Origin: Candidatus Omnitrophota bacterium
GTDB lineage: Bacteria > Omnitrophota > Omnitrophia > Omnitrophales > Aquincolibacteriaceae
Reading direction: 5' to 3'
Length of the DNA stretch: 64,000 bases
Assembly: GCA_022711115.1 (NCBI GenBank)
Contig: JAKLFP010000006.1
Coordinates: 19,699-83,698 of the forward strand
In this document: positions 10,795 through 20,613 of the stretch, one piece after another
How the letters are laid out: the number at the start of each line of letters is the position of its first letter
Position numbering within the stretch: position 1 is the first letter of the stretch
Notes under the pieces: generated by a model
What the model was told of the DNA's origin: nothing
Seen by the model: only the letters and a program-made list of their open reading frames with translations
Database searches by the model: none
Program-made: the position numbers and the translations under genes

Positions 10795-10870
10795 TGGCTC
10801 CCCCGCCTGGGATCGAACCAGGGACACTGCGGTTAACAGCCGCATGCTCTACCAGCTGAGCTACAGGGGA
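10795..10870 (-). tRNA. tRNA-Asn (anticodon GTT), CCA encoded
   Basis: The reverse complement reads TCCCCTGTAGCTCAGCTGGTAGAGCATGCGGCTGTTAACCGCAGTGTCCCTGGTTCGATCCCAGGCGGGGGAGCCA. It folds as a cloverleaf with GTT in the anticodon loop, a GTTCGATCC T-arm and a 7-bp acceptor stem. Confidence 0.9.
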
Positions 10871-11143
10871 TCGAATTTTTAAAGAGCGAAAATTTAACGT
10901 ATAACAATAAGTCGCTTCAATACTTGCGCCGATGCGCAAGTGCGACAGGGTCTGCTTTTAAAGTAACCGTCGTCACCGTTGGGGGATACTTGTCGTTAAA
11001 TACGCCAAGTACTGCCCGTAAGAATTTGGGAATTCTCTACGGGCTAGTAACTTTCAAAGAACGATAAAGCTGTTTTCGAGATGCATAATTATAGGGATTG
11101 TGGCCGCAGGGTCAATGAGTGTTTTATACAGCTTCCGCCACTA

Positions 11144-11956
11144 TTAACTGAGGCTTTCGACGCTATAGCGCGCCATCAAACCGGTCCGAACGGCATGTTG
11201 GTAGGTCCGCGTAAAACACCAGGATGCCAGAAGGATATAAGCGATGGCAAGACAACCGCTCCAGGCGAGAAGAGGCCAGGAGACAGTCCCTCCTGTCACG
11301 ATCGCACGCATGCCTTCAAACACATGCGATGGCGGCAACAGATGTGACACATGCTGCATCGATTGCGGAAGCGTTGAAATGGGATACAACACCCCGACAA
11401 ACGGCGAAAGGAACGCCGGAATCGGCCAGATAAACCACTCGGATGCCGGGCCGAGCCGGAGCACGATCGCGCACCCGAAAATACCGATCGCGATACCAAA
11501 CAAAAAGAGGATGAGAAGAAATGGAAAGATCATCATCCCGTAAACCATAAGCGATAAACCGAAACAAAGTGCCGCGATCAGGATCATCGCGGTCAACCCA
11601 ATCAGTGTCATGCCGATGCTGGAGACGACCAACCCAATAATATATTCGGCAATGGTGATCGGCGACGCAAACATATTCAGAAAATTGCGCGACCAGACAT
11701 CCTCAAAAAAGGCCATGGTCACGCCTTGCATCACACGGATGAAAAAATCCCAGAAAAGTACGGCGCCCAAAAGTATAAAAACAAAATTGATCCCTGACGA
11801 TGCGGAAACGTTCAGATAACGCGTCAAAAATCCCCACAAAACCATATCCACGGCCACCCAGGCGAAAAGAGGAACCACACGCGAAAAACTTCCCCGCATA
11901 AGATAAAACTGGCGAAGCATCACCGCAAAAATACGTTTTAGATTCATCGTCGTCAC
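11144..11956 (-). CDS. ABC-2 type transporter permease
   Basis: 270 aa with six TM helices. A 4-bp overlap (ATGA) with the upstream ATPase gene suggests translational coupling. Confidence 0.85.
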   Translation of the reverse strand: MTTMNLKRIFAVMLRQFYLMRGSFSRVVPLFAWVAVDMVLWGFLTRYLNVSASSGINFVFILLGAVLFWDFFIRVMQGVTMAFFEDVWSRNFLNMFASPITIAEYIIGLVVSSIGMTLIGLTAMILIAALCFGLSLMVYGMMIFPFLLILFLFGIAIGIFGCAIVLRLGPASEWFIWPIPAFLSPFVGVLYPISTLPQSMQHVSHLLPPSHVFEGMRAIVTGGTVSWPLLAWSGCLAIAYILLASWCFTRTYQHAVRTGLMARYSVESLS

Positions 11957-12699
11957 GTGTTTTCCAAAGAGAGAGGTTCGCGTGCAACGGTAATAAAAAG
12001 TTCTTCGAGTGTTTTTTTGCCGTATTCGCGCGGTAAAATTTTTGGGTCACCTTCCAGCAGAATCTTGCCGTGTGACAAAAAAAGGACCCGGTCGCAAATA
12101 GCCTCCACTTCATACATGTTATGCGAAGTCCATAGCACTCCGGCCGAGGTTTGGGTCACAAATTCGCGGATTTTGAGGCGAATATCCCGAGCTACCGCGG
12201 GATCCAGAGACGCGGTCGGTTCGTCCAATAAGAGAAGATGCGGTTGATTGAGCATGGCCTTGGCGAGGCCGACTCGTGTTTGCTCGCCCGAAGATAGAAG
12301 ACCGCATTTTATGTTTCGGAATGGTTTTAAATCGAACCGGTCTATCAAGACTTCGAGACCATGCCCCTGATCTTGAACGCCATAAAGCAGGCTGAAGACT
12401 TTCAAATTCTGATAAACCGTTAAATTCCCGGGAAGAGGCGCGTAAACAGCCGCAAAATTGGTACAGGCAAGTGCGGCAGAACGTTGTTTCGCGATGTCCA
12501 TGCCTTCGACATGGATCGAGCCCGAACTCGGCTCGAGAATGCTGAGGATCATATTGATGGTCGTGGTCTTTCCCGCCCCGTTGGGCCCCAAAAGCCCGAC
12601 GATTTCCCTGGCGTGCACCTCAAAGGAAATAGCGTCGACCGCAGTCATATCGCCGTATTGTTTGCTCAGATTCGTAACGCAAAGCACTTTTTCTGACAT
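11953..12699 (-). CDS. ABC transporter ATP-binding protein
   Basis: Walker A GPNGAGKTT, signature LSSGEQTRV, Walker B LLLLDEPT. Confidence 0.9.
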   Translation of the reverse strand: MSEKVLCVTNLSKQYGDMTAVDAISFEVHAREIVGLLGPNGAGKTTTINMILSILEPSSGSIHVEGMDIAKQRSAALACTNFAAVYAPLPGNLTVYQNLKVFSLLYGVQDQGHGLEVLIDRFDLKPFRNIKCGLLSSGEQTRVGLAKAMLNQPHLLLLDEPTASLDPAVARDIRLKIREFVTQTSAGVLWTSHNMYEVEAICDRVLFLSHGKILLEGDPKILPREYGKKTLEELFITVAREPLSLENT

Positions 12700-12918
12700 T
12701 CAAAATCCTCGTTTGTAATCACGGCATTATAATACGTCCCTGTCTTCTCTCAAAGCATGGCCCTTGGGACCCCAAATAGCAAAGGCTTTCACTTTTTTTA
12801 TTATCTCGCCATTTGAAAGGATTGCCCCTATACTGCCTTTATTAACCCCGTTAGATCTTCACAAAATGAGGCCCTTTCGGGATCATGCATCTTATAAAAA
12901 CTTTGCACCACAAGGAGA

Positions 12919-14178
12919 TTGAACGGGGTGAACACACCTAATTTAGCGCAGCCATCACCCGCCAGTTTTTACGGCTTAGGCATAGCGCCTCAACTTCTGG
13001 AAGTCTTGGGACGGATGAAATTCCATACGCCGACCCCGATCCAGCAAAAGGCCATCCCTTTAGCGGTTGAAGGACAAGATGTGATCGGGATCGCCCAGAC
13101 CGGTACCGGGAAGACCTTGGCTTTCGGCATTCCGATGATCCAGAGGCTTGCTTCCAAACAAGGCCGCGGCCTAATTCTGGTGCCGACCCGCGAGCTGGCA
13201 CTTCAAGTCCATCAAAGTCTTCATAAATTATCCCCGAACATCAAATTCGCGGTCCTGATCGGCGGCGCTTCCATGCACAACCAGATCCAGGAACTCAGGC
13301 GCCATCCGCGCGTCATCATCGCGACGCCAGGCCGTTTGATCGATCATATGGAACAGCGGTATGTTTTCCTGGATGACATGAGCATTCTTGTCCTGGATGA
13401 AGCCGACCGGATGCTCGATATGGGTTTTGCCCCGCAGATCCAGATCATCCTCCGGAAACTGCCGCGCGAACGGCAGACCATGCTTTTCTCGGCCACGATG
13501 CCGGACCAAATTATGAAAATCGCATCTTCCCAAATGAAACTGCCGGTGCATATTGAGATCGCGAAATCCGGGACTGTCGCGGAAAAGATCACCCAGGAAG
13601 TTTTCATCGTTAAAAAAGAATCCAAAAAACAATTGCTCGGCAAGATCCTCGCCCAGTATCACGGCACGGTCCTTGTTTTTTCGCGGACCAAGATCGGCGC
13701 GCGCAAGATCTCGCACGTAATCCGGGAAATGGGACACAAGGCGGCAGAGATTCATGCCGACCGCTCCCTCGCCCAAAGACGTGAAGCCCTGGATGGATTC
13801 AAGTCGGGAAGATACCGTGTCCTGGTCGCAACGGACATCGCGGCCCGCGGCATCGATGTCAAAGGCATTGAACTGGTGCTGAATTATGACCTTCCGGATG
13901 ATTCCGAAAACTATGTGCACCGGATCGGCCGCACCGGACGCATCGGCGACAAAGGCCATGCCATTTCGTTCGCGACACCCGATCAGGGCAAGGACATTAA
14001 AGATATCGAAAGGCTCATGCGGACAGCACTTCCCATCTCCGAGCATCCTGAAATGCCGATGGAAAACTTCATCGAACACAAACCCGTCAAGGTCGCTTCT
14101 TTCGGGGGTTCCCGCTTTTCAAGAGGCCGACGGTCCCGCGGCTACATCGCCCCCTCTTTCCGCCGAAGCCACCGCTGA
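12919..14178 (+). CDS. DEAD-box ATP-dependent RNA helicase
   Basis: Q-motif TPTPIQ, motif I AQTGTGKT, DEAD box VLDEADRM, SAT, motif VI HRIGRTGR. The listed start is TTG 12919. GTG 12928 has better spacing to AAGGAG. Confidence 0.9.
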   Translation: MNGVNTPNLAQPSPASFYGLGIAPQLLEVLGRMKFHTPTPIQQKAIPLAVEGQDVIGIAQTGTGKTLAFGIPMIQRLASKQGRGLILVPTRELALQVHQSLHKLSPNIKFAVLIGGASMHNQIQELRRHPRVIIATPGRLIDHMEQRYVFLDDMSILVLDEADRMLDMGFAPQIQIILRKLPRERQTMLFSATMPDQIMKIASSQMKLPVHIEIAKSGTVAEKITQEVFIVKKESKKQLLGKILAQYHGTVLVFSRTKIGARKISHVIREMGHKAAEIHADRSLAQRREALDGFKSGRYRVLVATDIAARGIDVKGIELVLNYDLPDDSENYVHRIGRTGRIGDKGHAISFATPDQGKDIKDIERLMRTALPISEHPEMPMENFIEHKPVKVASFGGSRFSRGRRSRGYIAPSFRRSHR

Positions 14179-14258
14179 TCTTTTCCTTTTACCTTTTTTT
14201 TTGACCCATAAAATGATATATTCCCCTCGTGATCAATCCAAAAAATGGAGGGGAAATC

Positions 14259-14606
14259 ATGTTAAAAAAAATCAGCTTCGTGATCGTGCTTTTATTCGCG
14301 TTAGGGATCTTTTCCCCTGTTCCTTTTTCTTATGGCGAAGATACTTTTAGGAACTTCCGGACCGTCGAAGGCTCCATCACAGGCATTAGCCTGGACCAGA
14401 ACAGAGTGACGGTCCGGTGGATGATGGATCCGATTAATTTCATTTATCAGAATGTGACGGTAGATGTTCTTCCGTCAACCATTGTCCTGAAAAATTCCGA
14501 GAAGATCGAATTCGACGATCTTGAAAACGGAGATCATGTGACGCTTAAATTCGACCCGAACACCGTGCCGCTGCCCCAGGCCATCAGTATCTTAGTCGTC
14601 GAATAA
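14259..14606 (+). CDS. small secreted hypothetical protein (signal peptide)
   Basis: ATG 14259 preceded by GGAGGGG. N-terminus MLKKISFVIVLLFALGIFSPVPFSYG resembles a signal peptide. Confidence 0.55.
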   Translation: MLKKISFVIVLLFALGIFSPVPFSYGEDTFRNFRTVEGSITGISLDQNRVTVRWMMDPINFIYQNVTVDVLPSTIVLKNSEKIEFDDLENGDHVTLKFDPNTVPLPQAISILVVE

Positions 14607-14655
14607 ATCGCATCGATCACGCTCGATTCAATGACCTCTAAAGGAGATAAATTTT

Positions 14656-15405
14656 ATGTATAAACTCGTTCTCATCCGTCATGGTGAAAGTGTTTGGAAC
14701 AAGGAAAACCGGTTCACGGGCTGGACGGACGTGGACCTTTCGGAAAAAGGCCTTGAAGAAGCGAAGGAAGGCGGCCGGGTCCTTAAAAAAGACGGCTATG
14801 TCTTTGATATCGCTTTCACGTCCGTTCTCAAGCGCGCGATCCGCACACTCTGGAATGTCATGGATCAAATGGACTTGATGTGGATCCCGGTGGTCCGCGA
14901 CTGGCGTTTGAATGAGCGCCACTACGGTTCTCTCCAGGGACTCAATAAATCGGAAATGGCCGCGAAGTACGGCGAAGAGCAGGTGAAGATCTGGCGTCGA
15001 AGCTATGATGTTCCGCCGCCGCCGCTGGAAGCCAATGATCCGCGAAGTCCGGCCTTTGACCCGCGCTATAAAAGTCTGAAAAAAAGCGAGGTCCCGCTGA
15101 CCGAATGCCTGAAAGACACAGTCGCCCGCGTGCTTCCCTTTTGGAATGAGATCGCGGCACCCGCGATCAAATCCGGTAAAAAAGTCCTGATCGCGGCGCA
15201 TGGCAACAGCCTCCGCGCTTTGGTCAAATATCTCGACCATATTCCCGAAGACGTGATCGTTAACCTGAACATCCCGACAGGCATCCCGCTGGTCTACGAA
15301 CTCGACAAGGACCTGAAACCGATCAAGCATGATTACTTGGGAGATCCGGAGAAGGTCAAAGCCGCGATGGAAGCTGTCGCGAGTCAGGGAAAGGCGAAGA
15401 AATAA
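14656..15405 (+). CDS. gpmA: 2,3-bisphosphoglycerate-dependent phosphoglycerate mutase
   Basis: N-terminus [32 protein letters not shown] is near-canonical GpmA, with the catalytic His in the RHGE block. 249 aa. Confidence 0.95.
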   Translation: MYKLVLIRHGESVWNKENRFTGWTDVDLSEKGLEEAKEGGRVLKKDGYVFDIAFTSVLKRAIRTLWNVMDQMDLMWIPVVRDWRLNERHYGSLQGLNKSEMAAKYGEEQVKIWRRSYDVPPPPLEANDPRSPAFDPRYKSLKKSEVPLTECLKDTVARVLPFWNEIAAPAIKSGKKVLIAAHGNSLRALVKYLDHIPEDVIVNLNIPTGIPLVYELDKDLKPIKHDYLGDPEKVKAAMEAVASQGKAKK

Positions 15406-15539
15406 AGCATCGCGGCTGTAAGCCGCGACCCTTTGTGAACACCCGCCTTCGCCCTCTAAGCTTCTTCGTCACACTGCGTAGGCGGATAAAAAAGGCCGGG
15501 TTCTGATGAGGAAATCGGCCTGGAATTTTAAAATAAAAA

Positions 15540-16394
15540 TTATTTGGCAGTCAGAAATTTACCTTTGTCAGTCCCGCAGATCGGGCATTCCTGGAAATTA
15601 AGCTTTTCAACCACATGGCCGCAACCCGGACAAACATAGAAATCATTCCGGCCCGTTTTCCACGCCTTCAAATGATCGATCGCGCTCTTGTAAAGAGCTG
15701 CATGCACCGCTTCCGCTGCTTGGGCATCCTCAAACGCATCCACGGCATCTTCGTTGCCTTCTTTTTCCGCAAGGGCTAAAAATCCAGGATACATCACCGT
15801 GCTCTCATAGGTTTCGCCTTTGAAAGCACTTTCAAGATTCTCCGCCGTGGTTTTCACATTCGGCGGTTCCATCCTTGCGACCGGATGGGCGCCGAGCTTT
15901 TTGATGATTTTGGCATGCCGTTCCAAATGGACTCTTTCAGCCATGGCAGCAGCCCTGAAGAGGCTGGCTGCTTTTCCGTATCCCTCCGCATCCGCCTTTT
16001 GGGCAAACGCTAAATAACGGACATAAGCATTGCTCTCTCCGTTAAATGCTTCTTGGAGATTCGCCACGGTCGTTTTGGGCGCATTGGCCACAGCCGCTTC
16101 TCTCATCGCGGTCAACTCAGCCGCTGAAATAGCCCTTTTGACAACGACTCCTGATGCATAAGAAGGTGTGACTTTGACCGGAGACGCCGGCAGCGTGAAA
16201 GGTTTGAGCACAACAGGTTTGGGGATATTGGGAACCGGAGAAGTTTGCACTTTAGGAACTGCCGACATCTTCGAAGCATTGACGACGACCATTTCCGTAT
16301 TCTTGTTATCAACTTTTTCTGCAGCATAAACTGGCGTGAATCCGGGCAAAAGGACCATAATGAGAATGAGGATTTTTGCAAAGTGTTTCATGTG
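15540..16394 (-). CDS. rubrerythrin-family protein with N-terminal signal peptide and C-terminal rubredoxin-like CxxC..CxxC domain
   Basis: Start MKHF at 16394 follows AAGGAG. There is a signal-like N-terminus, a Pro/Val-rich linker of about 90 aa, two ferritin-like half-domains (EAFNGESNAYVRYL..., ESAFKGETYEST...) and a C-terminal CPGCGH...CPICG. Confidence 0.8.
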   Translation of the reverse strand, partial: HMKHFAKILILIMVLLPGFTPVYAAEKVDNKNTEMVVVNASKMSAVPKVQTSPVPNIPKPVVLKPFTLPASPVKVTPSYASGVVVKRAISAAELTAMREAAVANAPKTTVANLQEAFNGESNAYVRYLAFAQKADAEGYGKAASLFRAAAMAERVHLERHAKIIKKLGAHPVARMEPPNVKTTAENLESAFKGETYESTVMYPGFLALAEKEGNEDAVDAFEDAQAAEAVHAALYKSAIDHLKAWKTGRNDFYVCPGCGHVVEKLNFQECPICGTDKGKFLTAK

Positions 16395-16463
16395 CGGCTC
16401 CTTGTTTGAAGGTGAGCGATTTTCTCTCGTCACAGGGGCAATACTATACCATGGAAATCTTTT

Positions 16464-17618
16464 TTATGAAATTCCGTCTTTTTGAAGCAAAAACCCGAAA
16501 ACGCTTTCGGAAAGGAATTTCCCGCGATCGGTGAACCGGACTTTTCCGGTTTTTTCTTCCAAAAGTTCTTCATCGCACAACTCTTTGACCCGTTTCAGAA
16601 TGGACCCTGAAATCTTTGGAAATTCCGAAAGGGCAATGCCTTCCCGAAGCCGCAATCCTGTCATCAATGTCTCTGTTTCTTTCTCGGCATCTGAAAGGAC
16701 ATCTTGTTGATCGTTCCGCCAAACGGCGCCTTCGCATTTTTGAAGATAGCGATCCAAACCTTCGGCAAATTGATAACGCATGCCGTTGAGATAAGAAAAA
16801 GCGCCCGGCCCAAGTCCGAGATATTCCTGATTGCGCCAATAAATCAGGTTGTGACGCGACGCAAAACCCGCTTTGGAAAAATTGGAGATTTCATAATGTT
16901 CGTAACCTGCACCGGTCAACACTTTGATCGCATCCTGATACATGCCCGCGTGCTCCTCTTCTCCCGGAAGATGAAGCCGCCCTTGTCCTTGAAGCTTTCC
17001 AAACACGGTTTGCGGATGCACTTCGAGATCGTACAGTGAAACCTGAGAGGCCTGCAATGCCAGGCAAGTTTCAAGCGAATGGTGAAAGTCCTCGAATTTC
17101 TGGCCGGGGACCCTGAGCATCAGGTCAAGACTGATATTGGAAATTCCGGCTGTGCGGATCTTCTCAACCGATGAAAATATATCTTTGACGAGATAACGTC
17201 TGCCGAGCCGTTTTAAAATCGAATCTTGGAACGATTGAGCTCCGAGACTGATACGGTTGATCCCGAGCGCCGCCAAAGCGGCCAGCTTTTCCTCATCTCC
17301 ATCGCCGGGATTCCACTCGCAAGTCACTTCCGAGCCTTCTTTAACTTTAAAATGCGCGTGAACCGTTTCCCAAAGATCCGTCATCTCCGCGATGCTCAGG
17401 CAAGAAGGTGTCCCTCCGCCTAAATAAAGCGTGTCAAAACACAGTGACCCATACCGTCTTCGGGCTTCATGAATTTCATGTTTTAACGCGATAAAAAAGC
17501 GTTCCCGAAGCACCGGCGATAGTTCTGCTGTGGTGACAAAATGACAATAATGGCATCTTGTCCTACAGAATGGTATGTGAACGTACAGGCCTCGCAGCAT
17601 ATTCGAGTTATAATTCAT
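16464..17618 (-). CDS. hemW: radical SAM heme chaperone HemW / oxygen-independent coproporphyrinogen-III oxidase-like
   Basis: The HIPFCRTRCHYCHF motif (CxxxCxxC) near the N-terminus. 384-aa HemN-like architecture. Confidence 0.9.
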   Translation of the reverse strand: MNYNSNMLRGLYVHIPFCRTRCHYCHFVTTAELSPVLRERFFIALKHEIHEARRRYGSLCFDTLYLGGGTPSCLSIAEMTDLWETVHAHFKVKEGSEVTCEWNPGDGDEEKLAALAALGINRISLGAQSFQDSILKRLGRRYLVKDIFSSVEKIRTAGISNISLDLMLRVPGQKFEDFHHSLETCLALQASQVSLYDLEVHPQTVFGKLQGQGRLHLPGEEEHAGMYQDAIKVLTGAGYEHYEISNFSKAGFASRHNLIYWRNQEYLGLGPGAFSYLNGMRYQFAEGLDRYLQKCEGAVWRNDQQDVLSDAEKETETLMTGLRLREGIALSEFPKISGSILKRVKELCDEELLEEKTGKVRFTDRGKFLSESVFGFLLQKDGIS

Positions 17619-17768
17619 TCCTCATAACGTAACAAGTGTTTCGCATTGAACTTCGGAAGGTTATTTCTCGAAAAAAATATTAAGAACCGCCTAAATAAAA
17701 TCTGAAAAATGGAACGTTTAGATCGATGAATGGGTCTGCCCTCCCGGCAGAAAACACTCATCGCGCAA

Positions 17769-18218
17769 TTACGCTCTACAACCTCTTTTGGCATCGATGA
17801 GCGTATAGGGATTGAGGCCTTCGCAGCTATATTCACCTGCTTCACTTAAGTAAATGATAGCACCTATATGTTTTCCCGTTGTGAGTCGTTGGGCATAACA
17901 CCCATTAGGATATGCTGCACATCCACAACAATAGAGCCAATTCGGGTGAGCAGGTAAGGGCTGCAACCCAAGTGGATTCATAACGGCCGGATCCGACATC
18001 TGATCATTGTCTATGGTTGGCCATGCATCAAAACCACCTAAATCCATATGCTTGATAATCGCTGACCTCAAACTGCCAAGGAAAGATTGAGCTTCCGCTA
18101 TATACCCATTTTCAGATTGGTCTACGTACCTCGGTAAAATCATAGCCGCCAAAACAGCTATGATAACGACAATAATCAAAATTTCAACAAGAGTAAAACC
18201 TTCCTTTGTTTTTTTCAA
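17769..18218 (-). CDS. type IV pilin-like / pseudopilin (prepilin N-terminal cleavage-methylation domain)
   Basis: N-terminus KEGFTLVEILIIVVIIAVLAAMI is a class III leader with a G|F cleavage site. TTG start with AAGGAGG 7 nt upstream. Cys-rich C-terminus. Confidence 0.8.
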   Translation of the reverse strand: MKKTKEGFTLVEILIIVVIIAVLAAMILPRYVDQSENGYIAEAQSFLGSLRSAIIKHMDLGGFDAWPTIDNDQMSDPAVMNPLGLQPLPAHPNWLYCCGCAAYPNGCYAQRLTTGKHIGAIIYLSEAGEYSCEGLNPYTLIDAKRGCRA

Positions 18219-18345
18219 AAATATACCTCCTTTTAGGGTTAATAAAAATATAACTGGTTTTGGACTTTTCTACTAGTTTTTAATGTGAAATTTATCGAGC
18301 GTTTGAATTCTAAAGGTAGTTCCCAAAACAACCGTTTTAGTCGAT

Positions 18346-18381
18346 CTCGGAAGTTGGCACATCTTTTGCATTTTACTGTAT
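18346..18381 (+). promoter_or_regulatory. candidate sigma70-type promoter for 18405 gene (TTGGCA-N19-TATAAT)
   Basis: Perfect TATAAT about 25 nt upstream of the ATG. A TTGGCA/TTGCAT -35-like hexamer lies upstream at suboptimal spacing. Divergent intergenic region shared with the pilin gene. Confidence 0.3.
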
Positions 18382-18404
18382 AATTTCAATTCACTGAGGA
18401 ATTC

Positions 18405-18875
18405 ATGCCCAAAATCACTGAAAAGATCGAACAGCTTCTGGAAAAAAGAGAATTTGTTTCCGTTGCCACGGCGACCAGGAACGGCGTGCCAAACACAGCC
18501 CCCAAGTTCTTTTTTCGCGCGAAAGGTGATTACATTTATCTGATTGATTATGTCATCGGAAAAACCATCACCAATCTCAAGGAGAACTCTCTTGTTTCCG
18601 TCTCTTTTATGGATTACGAAAGTCTTGAGGCTTACCGTTTGAACGGTAAAACTCAACTCATTGAAAGAGGAAAGGTTTTTGACGCAATACTGAAAGAATG
18701 GGATAAAAAACTTTTAAAGTTCTCCACGGACCGTGTCATCGAAGCTGTGCGGACCGGGAAAAAAAGCCATCATTTCGAGTTGGAGATGACCGAGAGGTTC
18801 GTAGTTTTGAAGATCAAGATCACCGATGTCATCAAAATCGGCCGGCGCGGCGACATCTGGAAAGAATCCAACTGA
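18405..18875 (+). CDS. pyridoxamine 5'-phosphate oxidase-like FMN-binding family protein
   Basis: The N-terminal LLEKREFVSVATATRNGVPNTAPKFFF pattern is typical of the PNPOx-like split-barrel family. The overlapping antisense ORF 18273..18656 was judged spurious. Confidence 0.65.
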   Translation: MPKITEKIEQLLEKREFVSVATATRNGVPNTAPKFFFRAKGDYIYLIDYVIGKTITNLKENSLVSVSFMDYESLEAYRLNGKTQLIERGKVFDAILKEWDKKLLKFSTDRVIEAVRTGKKSHHFELEMTERFVVLKIKITDVIKIGRRGDIWKESN

Positions 18876-18984
18876 AAAGTTTTATAATTTTCCTTAAGCG
18901 CTTTGTCTTTTTTCTCCGCTTTCATTTCCTGCGAATTGACAAGCTCTTAACCTCCATGGCAAGATACTCGATAAACGAGGCTGG

Positions 18985-20574
18985 ATGACTTTGGACAAAC
19001 AAAAACTTTCCAATCAACTTTTCAAGATCAAAGACCTGAACATCATCCTTCAGGAATCCCATGACCCGGCCAAACAGCTGAAAAAAGCCCTTGGCCCCCT
19101 GGATTTGATCCTTTTAGGGATTGGCGCCATTATTGGTGCGGGTATTTTTACGGTCATCGGTACTGCCGCAGCCGGAGATCTGGTAAGACCCGGCGCAGGA
19201 CCTTCCATCATTTTGTCTTTTGGACTCACAGCCATCGCGTGTGGATTTGCCGCGCTTTGTTACTCCGAATTCGCGGCCATGGTTCCGATTTCAGGAAGCG
19301 CTTATACCTATTCTTATGCGACCTTCGGTGAGTTGATCGCGTGGATCATTGGCTGGGACCTCATGCTTGAATACACGGTCGCCAACATCGCGGTAGCTAT
19401 CAGCTGGTCAGGTTATTTCACGGAGTTTCTTCGCGGTTTTGGGATCCAGTTACCGCCCTGGGCCTCGATTGATTTCCGTTCCGCGTTCCAGGGATTTGAA
19501 AAAGCATCTATGCTCTTAAGTCAAGGCATGACTTTTGAACAGCTTAATCCAGGTCTCCAAAAAGCCTGGTTCGCGGTTCATAACGCGCCGCACCTTTTCG
19601 GAATGCCGCTCATCTTGAATATTCCGGCCTTCCTGATCGTTGCTATGATCACAACGCTTCTTGTGATCGGAATCAAGGAAAGCGCACGTTTCACCTCGGT
19701 CATGGTTGCCATCAAACTCCTCGTGCTCACTTTTTTTGTCGCGGTAGGACTTTTTTATGTCAAACCTGAAAACTGGTCCCCTTTCGCACCAAACGGATTC
19801 GCGGGGATCAAAACGGGTGCCGCGATTGTTTTTTTTGCTTATATCGGTTTTGATGCCGTGTCGACAGTAGCGGAAGAAACCAAAAATCCGAAGCGAGATC
19901 TCCCAATCGGGATTCTGGGGTCGCTTGCCATCTGCACGGTTATTTACATCATCGTTTCCGCGGTCTTTACAGGACTCGTTCCGTTTTCCATCCTCAAAGA
20001 CACGCTGGCGAGCCAAAAAGCCGAAGCCCTTTCTTTCGCCATGAAGCATATCAACCTCCATTGGGCAACCGGCATCGTCGCGGCCGGCGCGGTGGTGGCT
20101 CAAACCGCGGTACTTCTGGTCATGCAACTGGGACAATCCAGGATCTTTTTTTCCATGTCGCGCGACGGTCTTTTACCGCCTGTTTTTTCAAAAGTCCACC
20201 CGAAATTCAAAACACCTTATATCACCACCATCGCGACAGGCCTTTTTGTCGCTTTAACAGCCTCTTTTTCCAACATTGATGAGATGGTAGATCTGACGAA
20301 CATCGGAACGCTTTTTGCATTCGTCCTTGTTTGCTTTGGTGTCGTCATTCTTCGCGTCAAAGAACCGCATAGGCACCGGACCTTTAAAGTCCCGCTAAAT
20401 CCGGTCATTCCGTTGTTGGGTGTTTCGACTTGTATTTTTTTGATGACCGGCCTCCCCACGATTACCTGGATCCGGTTTGTGGTGTGGCTCTTGATAGGAT
20501 TTGTGGTTTATTTCTTCTACAGCATGAAACACAGCCTGCTCCGCAAAACCCAAAGCCTGCCGCATAAAACTTGA
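18985..20574 (+). CDS. APC-family amino acid permease
   Basis: 529 aa with about 12-14 TM helices. A GxG-rich first helix (LGIGAIIGAGIFTVIG) is typical of APC transporters. Confidence 0.9.
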   Translation: MTLDKQKLSNQLFKIKDLNIILQESHDPAKQLKKALGPLDLILLGIGAIIGAGIFTVIGTAAAGDLVRPGAGPSIILSFGLTAIACGFAALCYSEFAAMVPISGSAYTYSYATFGELIAWIIGWDLMLEYTVANIAVAISWSGYFTEFLRGFGIQLPPWASIDFRSAFQGFEKASMLLSQGMTFEQLNPGLQKAWFAVHNAPHLFGMPLILNIPAFLIVAMITTLLVIGIKESARFTSVMVAIKLLVLTFFVAVGLFYVKPENWSPFAPNGFAGIKTGAAIVFFAYIGFDAVSTVAEETKNPKRDLPIGILGSLAICTVIYIIVSAVFTGLVPFSILKDTLASQKAEALSFAMKHINLHWATGIVAAGAVVAQTAVLLVMQLGQSRIFFSMSRDGLLPPVFSKVHPKFKTPYITTIATGLFVALTASFSNIDEMVDLTNIGTLFAFVLVCFGVVILRVKEPHRHRTFKVPLNPVIPLLGVSTCIFLMTGLPTITWIRFVVWLLIGFVVYFFYSMKHSLLRKTQSLPHKT

Positions 20575-20613
20575 TTCGAGATATTATTTTTTAGTTTGGT
20601 TTTTTGGGTAGGA

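Noticed and set aside
10724-10939. 71-aa ORF on minus strand
   Set aside because: It overlaps the tRNA-Asn gene entirely, so it is an artefact of the structured RNA sequence.
13228-14079. 283-aa antisense ORF
   Set aside because: It lies entirely within the DEAD-box helicase gene on the opposite strand and has no motifs. It is a shadow ORF.
14638-15330. 230-aa antisense ORF
   Set aside because: It is the shadow of gpmA, which is unambiguous.
15411-15535. Two short hairpins between convergent gpmA and rubrerythrin genes as terminators
   Set aside because: The stems are only 5-6 bp and lack a clear U-tract. They are plausible but too weak to annotate.
18273-18656. 127-aa minus-strand ORF
   Set aside because: It is antisense to the better-supported PNPOx-like gene at 18405..18875 and has no recognisable motifs.
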